The notes under the pieces: generated by a model
What the model saw: only the letters and a program-made list of their open reading frames with translations
The model's database searches: none
What the model was told of the DNA's origin: nothing
Source of the DNA: Ophelia neglecta
Taxonomy: Eukaryota
Assembly: GCA_965285935.1 (NCBI GenBank)
Contig: OZ260662.1
Span: forward strand, 36,766,001-36,830,000
DNA length: 64,000 nt
Direction of reading: 5' to 3'
Part shown: piece after piece, positions 1 through 13,900 of the stretch
How positions within the stretch are numbered: position 1 is the stretch's first letter
Layout of the letters: every line of letters starts with the position of its first letter
Program-made: the position numbers and the translations under genes

Positions 1-171
1 ACCTGTGAATTAAGACCACCGAAGGGACTGGGAAATACTGGTCTGATTTCGGAGGTGGTCTGTGTAGACAGGTTATTTAACATTGAAAGTATACATCATG
101 GTCCTTATATAAGTGGTTTGAATAGGCAGGTGGTCTGATTATAGAGGTGGCCTTTAAGGCAGGTTTCACTG
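1..171. mobile_element. Second copy of the CAGTGAAACCTG MITE family (left end cut by window start)
   Basis: Reverse-complement similarity along its length to 25824-26001; ends CAGGTTTCACTG|TA. Confidence 0.8.
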
Positions 172-175
172 TATA

Positions 176-570
176 TACAATCTGTGAAATAAATTAACTA
201 GTTAACTTTATTAATGACCTGAAAAAAAAATTAGTTAAGGGGGTTTTGCATTTTTCCTGAGGTCATATGGAACCAACTTTATTAATGGCCTGCCTTATTA
301 TTGAGGTTATATAGGAGCTACTACAATCTGTGTAACAAGTTAACTAATACTGTGTAATAAGTTAACTAGTTAACTTTATTAATGACCTGAAAAAAAAGGT
401 GGTTTTGCATTATTCTTGAGGTCATATGGAACCAACTTTATTAATGAACTGCCTTATTATTGAGGTTATATAGGAGCTACTACAATCTGTGTAACAAGTT
501 AACTAATACTGTGTAATAAGTTAACTAGTTAACTTTATTAATGACCTGAAAAAAATTTAGTTAAGGTCGT
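176..570. repeat. Tandem duplication, ~160-167 bp period, about 2.3 copies
   Basis: GTTAACTTTATTAATGACCTG recurs at about 202, 369 and 528. Confidence 0.85.
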
Positions 571-1013
571 TATCTTTTGTGCCAACTAAAAGCTGCCATA
601 TTCACTACCTCCCCTGATGCCATGTTTCCCATTCGATTATTGCACGCATTCGCGGATATACCCCTTGCTGTCGGCCCCCCGACAGCGTTGGCCTAGTTTC
701 TTATGTAGTTTTTACGCTTTCTTTAGCTTAGTGTTTCAAGCAGGACAGGCTTCCGGAATTACACAAATTTACTCAATTTTACCCATTCCTTTGTCCATCT
801 CACTCTCGACGAATCAAGGTTGATCCAAAATATCAACGCACAATTCTAACCGGCCCTATTGAATTTTATCGTTCATATTTAGCCACTTTGACATTAACTT
901 AATTAATTTGGGACAAAAGTAGCCACATAGTTAGCTGCGATATGTTTCCAATTACATTTATTGTCTTCTGAATGTATTCACTTTAATCCCGAAACCTTGG
1001 AAGCAATACTGAC

Positions 1014-1130
1014 CACAGGGCCTTTTAAAACTGAAATCTCCCATATAGAGTCACTATATACTATATAAAAATATTTTTATATAGTAAATAGTGTCTCTAT
1101 TGGGAGATTTCAGTTTTAAAAGGCCCTGTG
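1014..1130. mobile_element. 117-bp fold-back MITE with 8-bp TSD (P- or hAT-type)
   Basis: Near-perfect palindrome CACAGGGCCTTTTAAAACTGAAATCTCCCA...TGGGAGATTTCAGTTTTAAAAGGCCCTGTG, flanked by direct repeats ATACTGAC at 1006-1013 and 1131-1138. Confidence 0.85.
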
Positions 1131-2394
1131 ATACTGACTGTCGGAAATGACATCACGTAGCCTAGTTCAGCTCCTAATCTACACAGAAGTGGCATGTGAC
1201 TGACTACACAACATTAGTAGGGCCAAAGTCGCGCTTTTGCAGCGCTAGTGAGCTCATTGAAAACCATGTTATCATCACATTGAAATGAAAATTACTTATT
1301 TGGATACCCTTTTTAGACAATAATCATACCTACCTTTTCTGCTTCGGTCACTTCAACAGAAGGGGGGGGGGGGGGGGTGACAGTTTAACAAATCCCTCCT
1401 GTTAATTCCCCTTGGCCAGTTCAAATTAGCCATACTAACCACTTGCCCACCAATGACTCTTTGATTGCAAGCAGGCTTCACAAGGTGAGAAATATGGCTG
1501 CGGGTGATCAGTACGAAATACCTCCTGTTGGTCCTATTATAATCCACATTATACTAAATTAACACCCCATATCGTCTAATTTAATCTTAAGCGCACAGAA
1601 TGTGATTGTTTGCCCTAACGTTACTGTGCACGTGACTTAGTAATATATTGATTATGAATTAGGGTAAATTGAGCACAGCTAATGTGGCGTGGTTAAGGTA
1701 GTTTAGTGGAGGTGTATTTGTTGCAGGTAATGCCGGAAATAAGATGGGATCTATTCACGACAGCCGGTATCAGGCCCCAGGATTCGAGGGTCCCTGGCAT
1801 GAAGGCCAAATTTGAGGCCCAAAGAATAAAATCGTCCAAATGAATGCAATATTTTAATATCAAATAAATAATTGCCATCGTATTGTCATCATAACTTCAA
1901 ATATGTATTGCTCAGATAATTATGCGATAAGTTATTGTTAAATAGGGCCTTTATTATATTTCGCAGCATCCTGTGATAAGATTGTCTAAAATATTCCTGC
2001 TTTTTTAAGAATGGGTAAACGATATCATAACTGCTGATTAATATCATAACAACTATCATGTTGATGTATATTATTTTGTATGTATTTTCACTAAAATATA
2101 AGCATATATGTATACATTAATGATTATATAAATTAGAGAGTCTTGTTGATATCATTGATCTACACTTGTCTTACTTGCCTTTAAGAATAAAATCTTATAG
2201 TGGTTTTTAAAAGCTGATTAATACGGAATAGTAAATTAATTCTTCACATACAAGCGTAAGTACAATTTTTACGACAAGTACTGTACGGTGAGGGCTATTT
2301 GATAAAAGATCAGGCCAACTTGCCATTGAATTATGAACGAAAATATATTCTGGGCAAAGCCATTTCCTGGCTTAAAGAAATGTAAATTTTACAG

Positions 2395-5300
2395 ATTCGA
2401 AAGACCAGTCGCAGACAATAATACCGATGGACAACACGGAAGTGAATGATGGCTTCCGAAACAGTGGTCTTGTCCCTGACGTCATCCCTGTACCCGCTCC
2501 AGTTGTCCAATCAGAACCCCAGATTCCAAAACGGCCCGATGTTAAAATAGAGAACCAGGATACCGAATCCGATTATGGTAATATAGGAGACAGGGCTTCC
2601 ATCGTTGTAAACATCGACTCTGAACCAATCAAAGTAGAGGATCTCCCCACATATGTCATGGAAGTTCAAAAAGGAGAAAAAGGTTTTTCGCCGGAATTTA
2701 AGGTAATTCCATAAACTAAAATATTGCAGGGGTGCAGTCTGTTTCTCATAGGTTGCCTAAAATTAAAATGCGGCCAAAAATTCGAAGAAAATAGATTTTT
2801 TTCAGCCAAATTAAAAGTTTCTTTAAAAACCCATAGCTATTCTTAATTGCCAGCCAGCTGGTAGATCTAAGCAGCAACCAGCAGCATATTTCGCTACACC
2901 TGGGCAGCACTAACACTACATTTATACAGTAATACAATATGCTGATTTGTGCTTATGAGGTTAGTTTGCCAGCCAGCTGAAAGTGGCATCGTTGGACGCC
3001 CCTTGTGTCTCAGGCCCTCCGAGCCACCTCCTCCCTAAAGGATTTTCGCTGCCCTTCCACCATTGCATGGACGAAATTATTGTCTTACATAATACGTCAG
3101 GAATTACGCTGCGCATGATTTACTTAATGCAGGTCACAAACTAAGGTGTTCTTTTTTTAGAGGCTACCCAAAGGAGCACTCCTGGGATCTAACTGTGGGC
3201 GTAGTCCATCCCTACAAAATAAAAACCGATTTAGGAATATCATCCCATGTAAACTGTTTTGATATATTCTTTTCATACTGCTCAAAACTCGATTTTTATT
3301 TCAAAATTAAAGTATTTAATGAAAAATAATTTAATTCCACCGTTTTTTGATAAGGTATGCGTAGCGAAACAGATAAAGTAATATAATATTATGTATATAT
3401 TCTTTTCAGACGACAACACTAGAGTTAAATTAAAGGAAATGAAAGGCAAAAAGCATTCGACTTACGTGAATGCTAACTACATAGAGGTCTGTCAAACTTT
3501 ATGGCTTATTAAATCCCACTTCTATTATAAACCGTGTCATAAGGCGCTTAATTTTTCCCATTAGTGTAATACGTACTTATGTAGACATGTCTCTAAGTGT
3601 AAATATGAAATTCTATTGAATGAAAAGAAACTTAATTGCCACTTGTAAATGCCAAATTATGAAAGCGTCTCACAAATTGTGTAAACAGCTAAAACTGTTA
3701 CAGTTATATCTATAGGCGGGGAGCAGTTAAACTTTCAGAGGCAAATGTTACAGTTTTTAGATTATAAAACTATCACATATCATATAGCCCTGTATGCTGA
3801 GCTAATCACCGACGTGCAGTGTTTAGTTATTTGTGCAAGGGGAATTGTGCAGTAGGAGTCTATTTTTGTCATTTCAAACAAGGAAGTCGGTGTAAAATCC
3901 CTACAAAAATGTTAACGAAATAAAACCACAGGCTGTCCTTGTCGACAGTGCGTCGAGAAAAAAATCAGTACTGTCTAAAGGAAAATGCTACCAGAAAATA
4001 AGCTAGGTGAACAAGTTAAATGGAAAATGAGAATATTTGAACCCTTGTTCAAGGGGTAATTCCACAGTCTTCTAGGACTCCACAACAGTAGAGCCTGGAG
4101 TCAATCATTCTTTGAGCAAAACTAGCATCTGTCAAACAGAAAACAGCCGCTGCATGGAGATTTAATAATTGAATGGGAGATAACCAAATCCTTATTTTTA
4201 CAAGAGAATTCTTCACCCTAAATATCACACAATTAATATATATTATGGATACGCATACTATCACATGGATATTGTAAGCTTATTTTATAATTACAATGAT
4301 GAATTTGTAAATGATTTTAACAGGGTTACAAGACAAGATGGCAGTATATAGCGGCCCAGGGTCCCATGCCAGATTCTATAAACGACTTCTGGCGTATGGT
4401 GTGGGAGCAAGATTCGTCAAAGATTGTCATGGTAACCAACATCCGAGAAGGAGGCAGGGTACGTCTATAGAAATGAAGGGGTGGCATTTTTACATTAGAT
4501 ACCCGAATCTATATATATATATTTACAAATTCACATTTATGATTAATAAAGCCTCAACAAATACTAAAAGATGTGTTGTCATATCAGCATAAACCTATAT
4601 TATTATTGGGCATTTATTTATTTAAGAAGCAAGTATAGTTTTCTAAAATAACCAAAACTGCATTAGTAAATGCAACATAGTCCGTTAATTACAAGACTTT
4701 TATCGTTCAGATAAAATGTGAGGAATATTGGCCAACCAACTCTGAGAAGTATGGGGATATAAAAGTCACAAACAAAGCAGACCACCAACGAGAGTGGCCG
4801 GATTACACGTTGAAAGTTTTTGAACTTGAGAAGGTAAACTATGGCTCGTATGTTTTTTTCGTTTACAAATCGCAAACATTTTAATGAATCATAATGATAA
4901 TACCTAATACATCAACCATATATAATAAGCCAAATCATAAATGTATAAATAAAACTAATTTTAAACCTTGACACTCAGGGCTCTAGTAAGAAGACTGTTG
5001 GCCACTTTCACTATACCACGTGGCCTGACGAGGGAGTCCCGGATGCGGCTACTTCACTGCTGGCCTTCATGGAACTTTTCATGAAAAGTAAAATGGGCAC
5101 TGGGAAAGGACCCATAGTGATACACTGTAGGTGAGTATATAACCAAATCTTTCACTTTGGACAGCATTTTATCCCCCTTCCATTTTTCCTGTTCAAAATT
5201 GTGGCTTAATAGTTCATTAACATGGACGATGGCTGCATGATGTGGACTTCATTCAGTTGACTGTATTCCAGCAAGGGGACTAACTGGTAATCCCTGTAAT

Positions 5301-8300
5301 CGGCGCCACGCAGTTAGCATTACGCTGCGAGAAAACAATACAGAAACCCACTATAAGTATAACCTAACCCTAGTCGTACGCCACCCCAAGTGTACGTCAA
5401 AGCAGCAGCGCCAAGCAAACAGCGCATCGCACTCGGCGCCGATTATTGAGACTCAACAAGGTGAAGTCACGTACGCCGTGATAATGATACCCCTTTAATA
5501 TAGAATATTAATTTTCGTCTTGTCACCCACTGGAATTTTCCACATAATTCTCTGTGCGATGAGCATCATTATTAGCGGTCCCCTCTACTGTTACTTCCTG
5601 GATTAGTTTACCATTTTGCTACTAACTGATGCACTAAGTGCCCGAATTGATACAAAAATGGAGCGATGCTTTCCATGCCCCCACCTTTTTTGAAGAAAGT
5701 GGAGGGATATGTAGTGGCCCTTGTTAACCGGTGACGGCGGAGAGGAAAGTATAAAGTCAATAAGGTGGCAGTTTTTATGGTAAAATTAGCGATTTTTTTC
5801 TCGCCATTTTATGCGATCGAGTAAATAGAATTTATTGGGTGTCTTTATTTTGGAGGGGGGTTTGGATCATAGCAAAATTTGAGAAATTACTATTAATGCC
5901 CTTCTCGCCTTTTCTTTACTTTGTTAGGAGTGATTTTGCAAAACGACATGTTTACTTTCCGATTTAATTTGTGGAGGGGGGGGGGGCTTGCGTTTCTAAA
6001 CATCTTTTTTTAGATTATAATTAATTGACATGTGTTAAAACAAAAATAATCATTGTAACATAAAGAGCATGATAAATGAGAACAGCTATCTAGAACATGA
6101 AATGACTGCACGCGTATGATAATGCTGAACAGATAGGTCTATTCAAGTTTATGAAGAGAATCATGAGTACAACAAATATCCAATTCACATAACAATAAGT
6201 CACGAACATTTATATTAATAGGACAACTGTCACAATCAAAATAGTAATAACGATATATTTGGAATTATACGTCAATATTTTCCCCGAACAGCTGAAGATT
6301 GTTAAATAGGGCCATTTTGATGATTCCCTCCTTTAGCAATAAACCATAATTGCCATTATCTATTTATTTGGCCTTCACGGACGCTGCAATTTATATCAGG
6401 GTTATATTTTCTGGTTGATTATATAAACTTTCTAATCACTATAAAGATACACATTCATAAATTTTATGCAATAATATATGAACAATTATTTTCTAAGACT
6501 AGGTTCATATTTTTCTCTCCGTTAACGTACAGTGTCTTCATTTTCCGTCAACTAAGCTCATATTTATTTTCATGTTTACTCTTTGTAGCGCTGGAGTGGG
6601 TCGGACGGGGACCCTGATTGCCATCCAGCGGTTGACAGAGCAGGCCCTGGAGGAAAGAGCGGTGGACGTTCTCAAATGTGTGTCTTCTATGAGGCTGGAC
6701 AGAATGAGCATGGTACAGTCAGTGGTCAGTAAACAACCTTTACAGCATCCAGTTGAAAATGAAACAAATGTAATTCAAGATGAAAAAAAATTCTCGCTTC
6801 TAATTTGATTTTTCATACTTCGAATTTAAAATTGAAATGAATATTAGTTAATCCCCTTAATCCACATAAATATATTAATATATTATAATCTTCATATTTC
6901 CAGGACCAATACGAGTTTATTTATCTTGCATTGGTAGAATCCTTGTTGTGCACAGATATAAGAACACCTTGTGATCAGTTAAACGAGCGGTTACCCACAC
7001 TGCTTTCACACATATCTGGTTCTGATGTCAACATGATAGAGCAACAATTTCGGGTAAGTTCTGATACATGCATACCTCTTCATGAGACTGAAAATTTATA
7101 TGTTGTGTTCGTCTACTTATGACGCGATTGGTTTTTTTGTTTTTGTTTTTTGTATATATAAGACATGCTGGCACTTCCAGTAGTCCTGTGTGGTTGCGTA
7201 CGAAATTCGTTTGCCAAGGCCTGTGATGTCTGAATAATAAACTAAATGCTAGTCTTTTCATAAAACTGCGTGGACAATATATCTTAGAGCTTTTCCAAAA
7301 CACTTTAGTTTCACTTACCTTATCGTACTTTTGAAGGTACTAGACGTGTTTCGAATCAATGTACCGGACATATTGTATGAAACCGCTCGATCTGAAGAAA
7401 ACAAAGACAGGAACAGAGACGAAAATGTGCTACCCGGTAGGTCTTGTATTTACTAAGGCTATAGTCCTAACATAACTAATAACAAGGCATTTTGTCATGC
7501 GATTGTGAGTTGCTTACTGCTCACGGTCTAAGTCTGTTCGTCGTCGTTATTACGGGTAAATGAGAAGAAAAAAGTGCTTGGTACTTATATGATTAAAACT
7601 ATTTTACATATTATCCACAGATAAAAACATTTTAAATCGACTTTTCAGGCTTAGCTACTGTCCAGATAGTTTAATATGAGTAATGTAAGTATATTATAGT
7701 ATCTGCCGATGTAACAAGTACATTTCTTTTTCTTTAGGGGAATACAACCGGCCATATCTAGGTCCTTTGCAAAGCATAAAACACAGCTACATTAATGCAG
7801 TTTTTGTACGGGTGAGTAGTTTTTTGGATGCCTTTCCGTAGAGCCAAAACAAGGTGAAATTCGCGTTTATCAATACATATTCAACATGGAATCTTAATCC
7901 TCATTGATAGGCCTAAATCTGAACACTGTACCTTATAGGCAGGTTTTTTTTTGTAAATTGCAAGGTTAGAAAAATTTGTTCATCCAAACGTACAGAAATT
8001 CTAGTTAGATTTGACAAATATATATTCTTATTTGTATAGGGTTACCGGAAACGAGATGCGTTTATTGGAACACAAATGCCCTTGAAAAACACCCAAATCG
8101 ACCTCTGGCGGACAGTCCGGGATTTTAAGTGTAGACACATCGTCATGCTCAACCCATTAGATTCCTACGAGGTTTCGGTATGAGCATTTGCCAGCTATCC
8201 TATATAAATAAAAAACACACAAATAATTGGCATCAATTTTACAAGTTGAATTACTGTTGTTACTACATCAATTCAAACAAGGCGATCACAGGCCTATACA

Positions 8301-9956
8301 ACAGTAAAATTGGGAATCATTTCTTATCAGTTAATTGATAGATGGTCTGTTAGGGACGGGTATAATAACTTAACACTGTTTAGCCGATTTATCTTCATTT
8401 CTCACTTAATTAGGATTGCGAAGAATACTGGCCCGAAGCAGAGGAAACGATGACAGTCGGTCCTTTTATTTTAACAAATGTGTCATCTTCCACTACGACC
8501 ACATTAAAATCTACTGATATACAAGTAGAGTTCCAAGAAAAGGTGAATTCATTTCATCTTTAAATTCTTTGTTTGTGGCTGGTTTGAAAAACACTCTGAC
8601 AATATTTTAATTTTATTCTGAAAAAACCTAAAATGAATGCATTATTTTACTATCAATGTACCTCCCTTAGGACAAAGAGACATTTGACGTACGGCATCTG
8701 ATGCTGTTAGATTGGGCCGAGGGTTCAGCATTCCCGGAAAACAAGTCATCCCTCATCGCCCTCTACCGGCAAGTTACCTCTCACCGGAAACCGGACGACG
8801 AGGCGCCTATTATCGTTCATTGCATGTACGTAGGCTACCGTAGAGTTTAAGTCTCATGCCCAAAGTTGATAGAACAGCCCTGCCAATACATTCTGCATTA
8901 TTGACCCTACTCCGTGTATAAATCTAATAGGTAGCATTTTATTGACAGCTATAAGAAATATATGTCATACAAGATTTGGTATTTTAACTGGTTGTCGTAG
9001 AGTCTTTCTTGTATCTGAACAAAACAGGACTAGAAAATTGTCCATTTTGCACATTGCATGGACTTGACCTGCAGTAAAAAGAAGGAATTCGAGTTTAAAT
9101 ATAGAATTTCAACATACGAAAGTGAATTCACTTCAAGCTTCATTCACAACCGATTGCATCAGTTACACGCCGAAGATTCCAACCCTCAAATTTCCAAAAC
9201 GTCATACCATCTCCTTGCACTATTCATGTTAGACCTTATTATACTACTTAGTAAATATTTCTGTAGGAATGCGGTACTTATCTATACATCCCGATGGCGT
9301 AATTACTTTTCCTTATTTATAAAAGGCATTAGTTGTTCTTTTAAGCTGAAAGCAATTAATTTACTAACATTGCGCTAAATGTTACCAAGTACATGTACCA
9401 TGCAGATACAATTAAGGTTCTTAGCGCTATACAAATAATTATCTTTCTATTATCCCGAGGACTTCCTAAAATCCCACGTGACTCGTTTGTGCTACCCTAC
9501 TTGCACGCAATTTTGTTCGTCTAGGTTCGGTGACGACAGGACCGGTTTGTTATGTGCCATGTTTGCCATGTTTGCGTCCATTGACGCCGAACAGGAAGTA
9601 GACGTGTTCAATCCAGTGCGCAGGGTTCGCAGGGGTCGACCACAGTTTATTCATACGGTGGTGAGCAGCAAAGTTTCTTCATTTAAAAAAATAATACTTT
9701 TATTCCCAAAACTTATATCCACAGTTGTGGTTACCCATTTCGTTTTGTGCTACTATTTGAGTAATATTATTCTTTCTGTTTAGTAGGTTTAATAGTCTTT
9801 TTAAAATATCGACGTATTTTTCAGGAACAATATCGGTACCTCTACGAGCTCGCGCTGGAGTACATCCAAACTCCCTCGAATGATGACGTCGCCAGTGTGA
9901 CTGGTGACACCGCAGCCGATAGAAGACACAAGATGGTTATTGAAATGGACGAATAA
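2395..9956 (+). CDS. Receptor-type protein tyrosine phosphatase, cytoplasmic part (juxtamembrane + D1 + D2); 5' exons not identified, probably upstream of the window
   Basis: 15 GT-AG exons with consistent phases: 2395-2702, 3161-3248, 3410-3486, 4324-4458, 4711-4833, 4979-5130, 6589-6724, 6904-7053, 7337-7436, 7738-7811, 8040-8177, 8414-8542, 8671-8825, 9525-9660, 9825-9956 (TAA). D1 motifs: [67 protein letters not shown]2 motifs: YINAVFV, FIGTQMP, CEEYWP, WAEG, VHCMFGDDRTG, EQYRYLY. Confidence 0.95.
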
Positions 9957-10650
9957 AACAACTCGCATATGATTTTATATTTAAAGCCTTGAACGGTACT
10001 TCAGCGTTTATTTGAATTTCTGCTGATCTGAAGAATGTGACGGAATAAAGGGCAGCAAGCAGTCATTGACATTGGTAATTTGTGGTATATGACTCAGTGA
10101 ATCTGATAAAAATTGTCGACCGATGACTGTTATTTGTTTAGAAACCCATCAATCATTATACAGCTTTCATGTTATGCAAATGTAGACTTCAATTTGTCGC
10201 GTAATTTTGGTTTCTGAATCTGAGAAGTTTATAGTTTCCAATTTCCAAAAACGATGTTAATTCACAATATATACTGGTGGATGACAGTCGACGATCAGGG
10301 TCGGGCTGTTTATTTGATTATTTACTTGAAAGTAAACGTCCCACTAGTAGAATTACACTGGCCGGATATGGGAAGAAATGCTTCCATCCGTAGCAGGTTT
10401 ACCGTTTTTATCCCTTTGATTTCCTGTTGTTGTTATCACTGAACAGATTCAAGTTATCAATAATCATTAAATTGAATGTTAACGGCTTAATATGTAAATA
10501 TAAATATTGCGATAACAAATTTTTGCAGATGTCGCGATTGAAATGTGATTTGAAACTTGATTTATATTGTTCTTGTGTAAATAATATTTGTTTTTATACA
10601 TGTATATTCACATATAGGTACTATATACGTGCAATCACGATCATCGACAA

Positions 10651-10688
10651 AATAAATGAATTCAATCGTTTATGTTGATAATTTTATT
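10651..10688. promoter_or_regulatory. Facing polyadenylation signals of the convergent PTP and astacin genes
   Basis: AATAAA on + at 10651-10656 and on - at 10688-10683, between the two stop codons (9956 and 10953). Confidence 0.5.
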
Positions 10689-10952
10689 GTAGGGAAATTG
10701 ATAAAGCGAACAAGCATATTGTCATAGCTGTTATCTATATTAAAATATATCTTATCTTAACAATTCAAAGATAGTCATGCCATTAGTCTAAGCATGACAA
10801 TACAAAGTCTTCAAAACTAAAAACAAGATCCTTTTACAAAAGCATTAAAATGTTGGCAATGTAAATATCAAAGTACGTGGTTTCAATATGCCATTAATTG
10901 CAGCACCAAGTCGATACAGAATATCGAGGAGTTTATTAGGACAAAATAGTTT

Positions 10953-13900
10953 CTAACCCGTTAGAAACAAAAAAAGGGAAGTCAGTATGGTTATGAATTG
11001 TCTAAACCAAGTTGTCATCCTTTCAGCTAAACTCGTGTTTCTTCTCCCGCCATCATTGACTACCGGCGGTGTTCCACTGACGTCATTCGTACTTGTGGTG
11101 ATAGGGGACTCTGTATTGACAACGTCACAGTTCTGTGTGATGACACACACTTCGTATTGTGTTGATGCGCCGCTGCAGGTGCGCCCACCACCAGCTGGAG
11201 CTGGAGAATCACACTGTCTCTTGCGCGTGCGTGTTCCCCTGCCACACGATGAGGAGCAGATTGAAGCGTCTGTCCAAGCTCCCCATCCACCATCCCTTAA
11301 ACAATCTTGGTTATTGCAGACTGTCACTTTAACATCGAGGCCAACACAAGGCGAACCTCCGTTTGCGGGGACTGGGTTACTACAAGAACGATTGTATGTC
11401 TGTAACCCCCCGTTACATGTTCTACTACACGGTAGAATTAAGCTCCAGGATGTCCATGAACCGTGTATCACAGAGCTACATTCTTGTGCGTTGCATATTT
11501 CTGTACGTTTATATATTCCTCTGCATAGTGCCCCGCCGCTAGATGGGGCTGGATTTGTACACGATCTTGTAAGCGTTCTCACACCGCCCCCGCATGAAAG
11601 AGAGCAGCTACCTTGTCTGGCCCATGTGCTCCAACCTCCTGCTACAGGACAGGACAAATGATCGTTACATGAGGCGAGAGTCTGTGAGGTTCCTGTACAG
11701 TTCTGACCACCGTTCAATGGAGCTGGATTAGAACAGGTGCGTGTGCGTGTTTGTTGCCCGGCCCCACAGCTTCTGCTACAGGGCGATGTGACCCACTCCG
11801 ACCAGCCCCCATTCACTACGAGAGGACAACTCTGAACAGAGCATTGCTCTGACCTCGACCTACCTCCTACACAAAACTGACCCCCATAAGCGGGAGATGG
11901 ATTGTTGCAAATCCTAGTCCGTACTCTGATACCCGGACCACAAGTAGTGCTGCACTGTCCTGGTCCAGACCAACTGGACCATGCGCCATCTATCGGACAG
12001 GGCTGGGTATTACAGGTAACTAAATCGTTACTGATTCCCACGCAAGGTTTGCCACCATTGCTAGGCCTCGGGGCGGTACACGTCCGCGTTTTGGTAAGAG
12101 TTCCTGTGCCACATGATTTCGAGCACACTGAACTTGCTATCCATACTGACCAACCACCGTCAACAATCGCTTCACATGTAGAAGAAACGACACAGATTTC
12201 AGTTTTCGACCAGTCTCCAGTGCACAACTTCCCGCCATCGGCCGGAGCAGGATTATCACATTTTCTAGTGCGCGTTTTCGATCCGCTTCCGCACGTGACA
12301 CTACAAGATCCCGGGTTTGACCATGCCGACCATGCCCCGTCAACAGGACACTTAAATGTGTTACAATCTTGCTTTTCAACTGATTCTCCATCACATTCCA
12401 ACCCACCATTTGCGGGTGATGGGTTTGTACATGATCTTGTTCTCACTTTCGATCCTGACGCACATGTTTTGGTGCAGGTCCCGAACAAAGACCACTGAGA
12501 CCAGGCCCCATTGATCGGGCAAGCATTGACAGAACATTGCTCTATGTCTGACCAGCTGCCACTGCACGTCTTACCGGCTCCGACTGGTGATGGGTTGGTG
12601 CAAGTTCGAGTTTTAGTTCTAGTTCCACGGCCACATGTCTGCGAACACGATCCATGTGACCATGCGCTCCATCCGCCATCCACTGGACAGAGCATACTAC
12701 TACATGGCTCTGTCTTTGAGTCATTGCCGGGACATGGCAGACCACCAGAAGTTGGTGGGGGATTATTGCACTGTCTGGTTCTTGTCCGAGTACCACTACC
12801 ACATGTTTTAGTACACACACCGGGCCTTCCCCATTCACTCCAAGCCCCATTCACCGCACACTGTCGCTGGGTATTACATACCTCCCCAGCCGTGGAATCC
12901 CCAGGACATTGGTTTCCTCCATGTTGAGGTTCCGGGTTGGTGCATGTTCTGGTTCTCGTCCGGGTGCCAACCCCGCATGTCCTACTACAGGCTGACGGCA
13001 GGCCCCAGCTGGACCAGCCTCCATCAATAGGACAGTCTTTTATTTTACAGGATTCAGATAAGGTTCCTGATCCTGAACAAGGATTGCCACTGTTCTGTGG
13101 TAAAGGATTTGTACAAGTTCTCGTCCTGCTTTGTGTTCCCGGGCCACATGTGGCACTGCATGTCGACAGGGCCCCCCAGGCCGACCATCCCCCGTTAACG
13201 GGACAGTCTCCGAGGGTGCATGGCTCGGTGGACGTGGTACTTCCTTGGCAGGGCATCCCGCCTGCCGAGGGTGTTGGGGCTGTACATGTTCGAGTACGAG
13301 TCCTGGTTCCTTGGCCGCATGTCACTGAACACTGTCCCGGGCTAGACCAAGACGACCAGCTTCCATCAACTGAAAATCAACCAATACCAACATAAGATAT
13401 ATCAAAAGTATCAAGTGAAGCTCGATGCTATTCTAGTTTCCCATGCAAAGAGTAGACAACTAACATGTTTCACGATATTCCCTAAATAAAATCGCCCAAG
13501 GATTAACCCTACGTTACAAATATCCAATGAATGATTGCATTTAAATACATGGGCTAAAGCAGCGCCATGTTTAATGTGCGTATGTTGCAATGGGTGCAAA
13601 GCACAAACTATTCCACATACGAGGGTTCATAGAGCGAATCTTACCGTTACAAGGTTTATGATTACAGTCCTGGTTCTCTGATGCAGAGCCCTGACAAGTC
13701 TGTCCTCCGTTTTTGGTCTGTGGGTTGTTACATACCCTAGTCCGGGTCCGTTTTCCAAGTCCACAGGTGACACTGCAGACAGAAAACGCGGTCCACACAC
13801 CCCATTGGCCGTCCAAAGGACCTAATAGTTAGTAACATTCAAATATCTCGAATTAAGTTTTAGACCAGACTGTTAGTTAAATAATCCATATTGAATTTTT

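Noticed and set aside
10987-13395. Four long plus-strand ORFs (138-224 aa) in one frame, antisense to the TSP1 exon
   Set aside because: In this offset frame stops arise only opposite Tyr codons or T-preceded His/Gln codons, which are scarce in TSP1 repeats. They are shadow ORFs.
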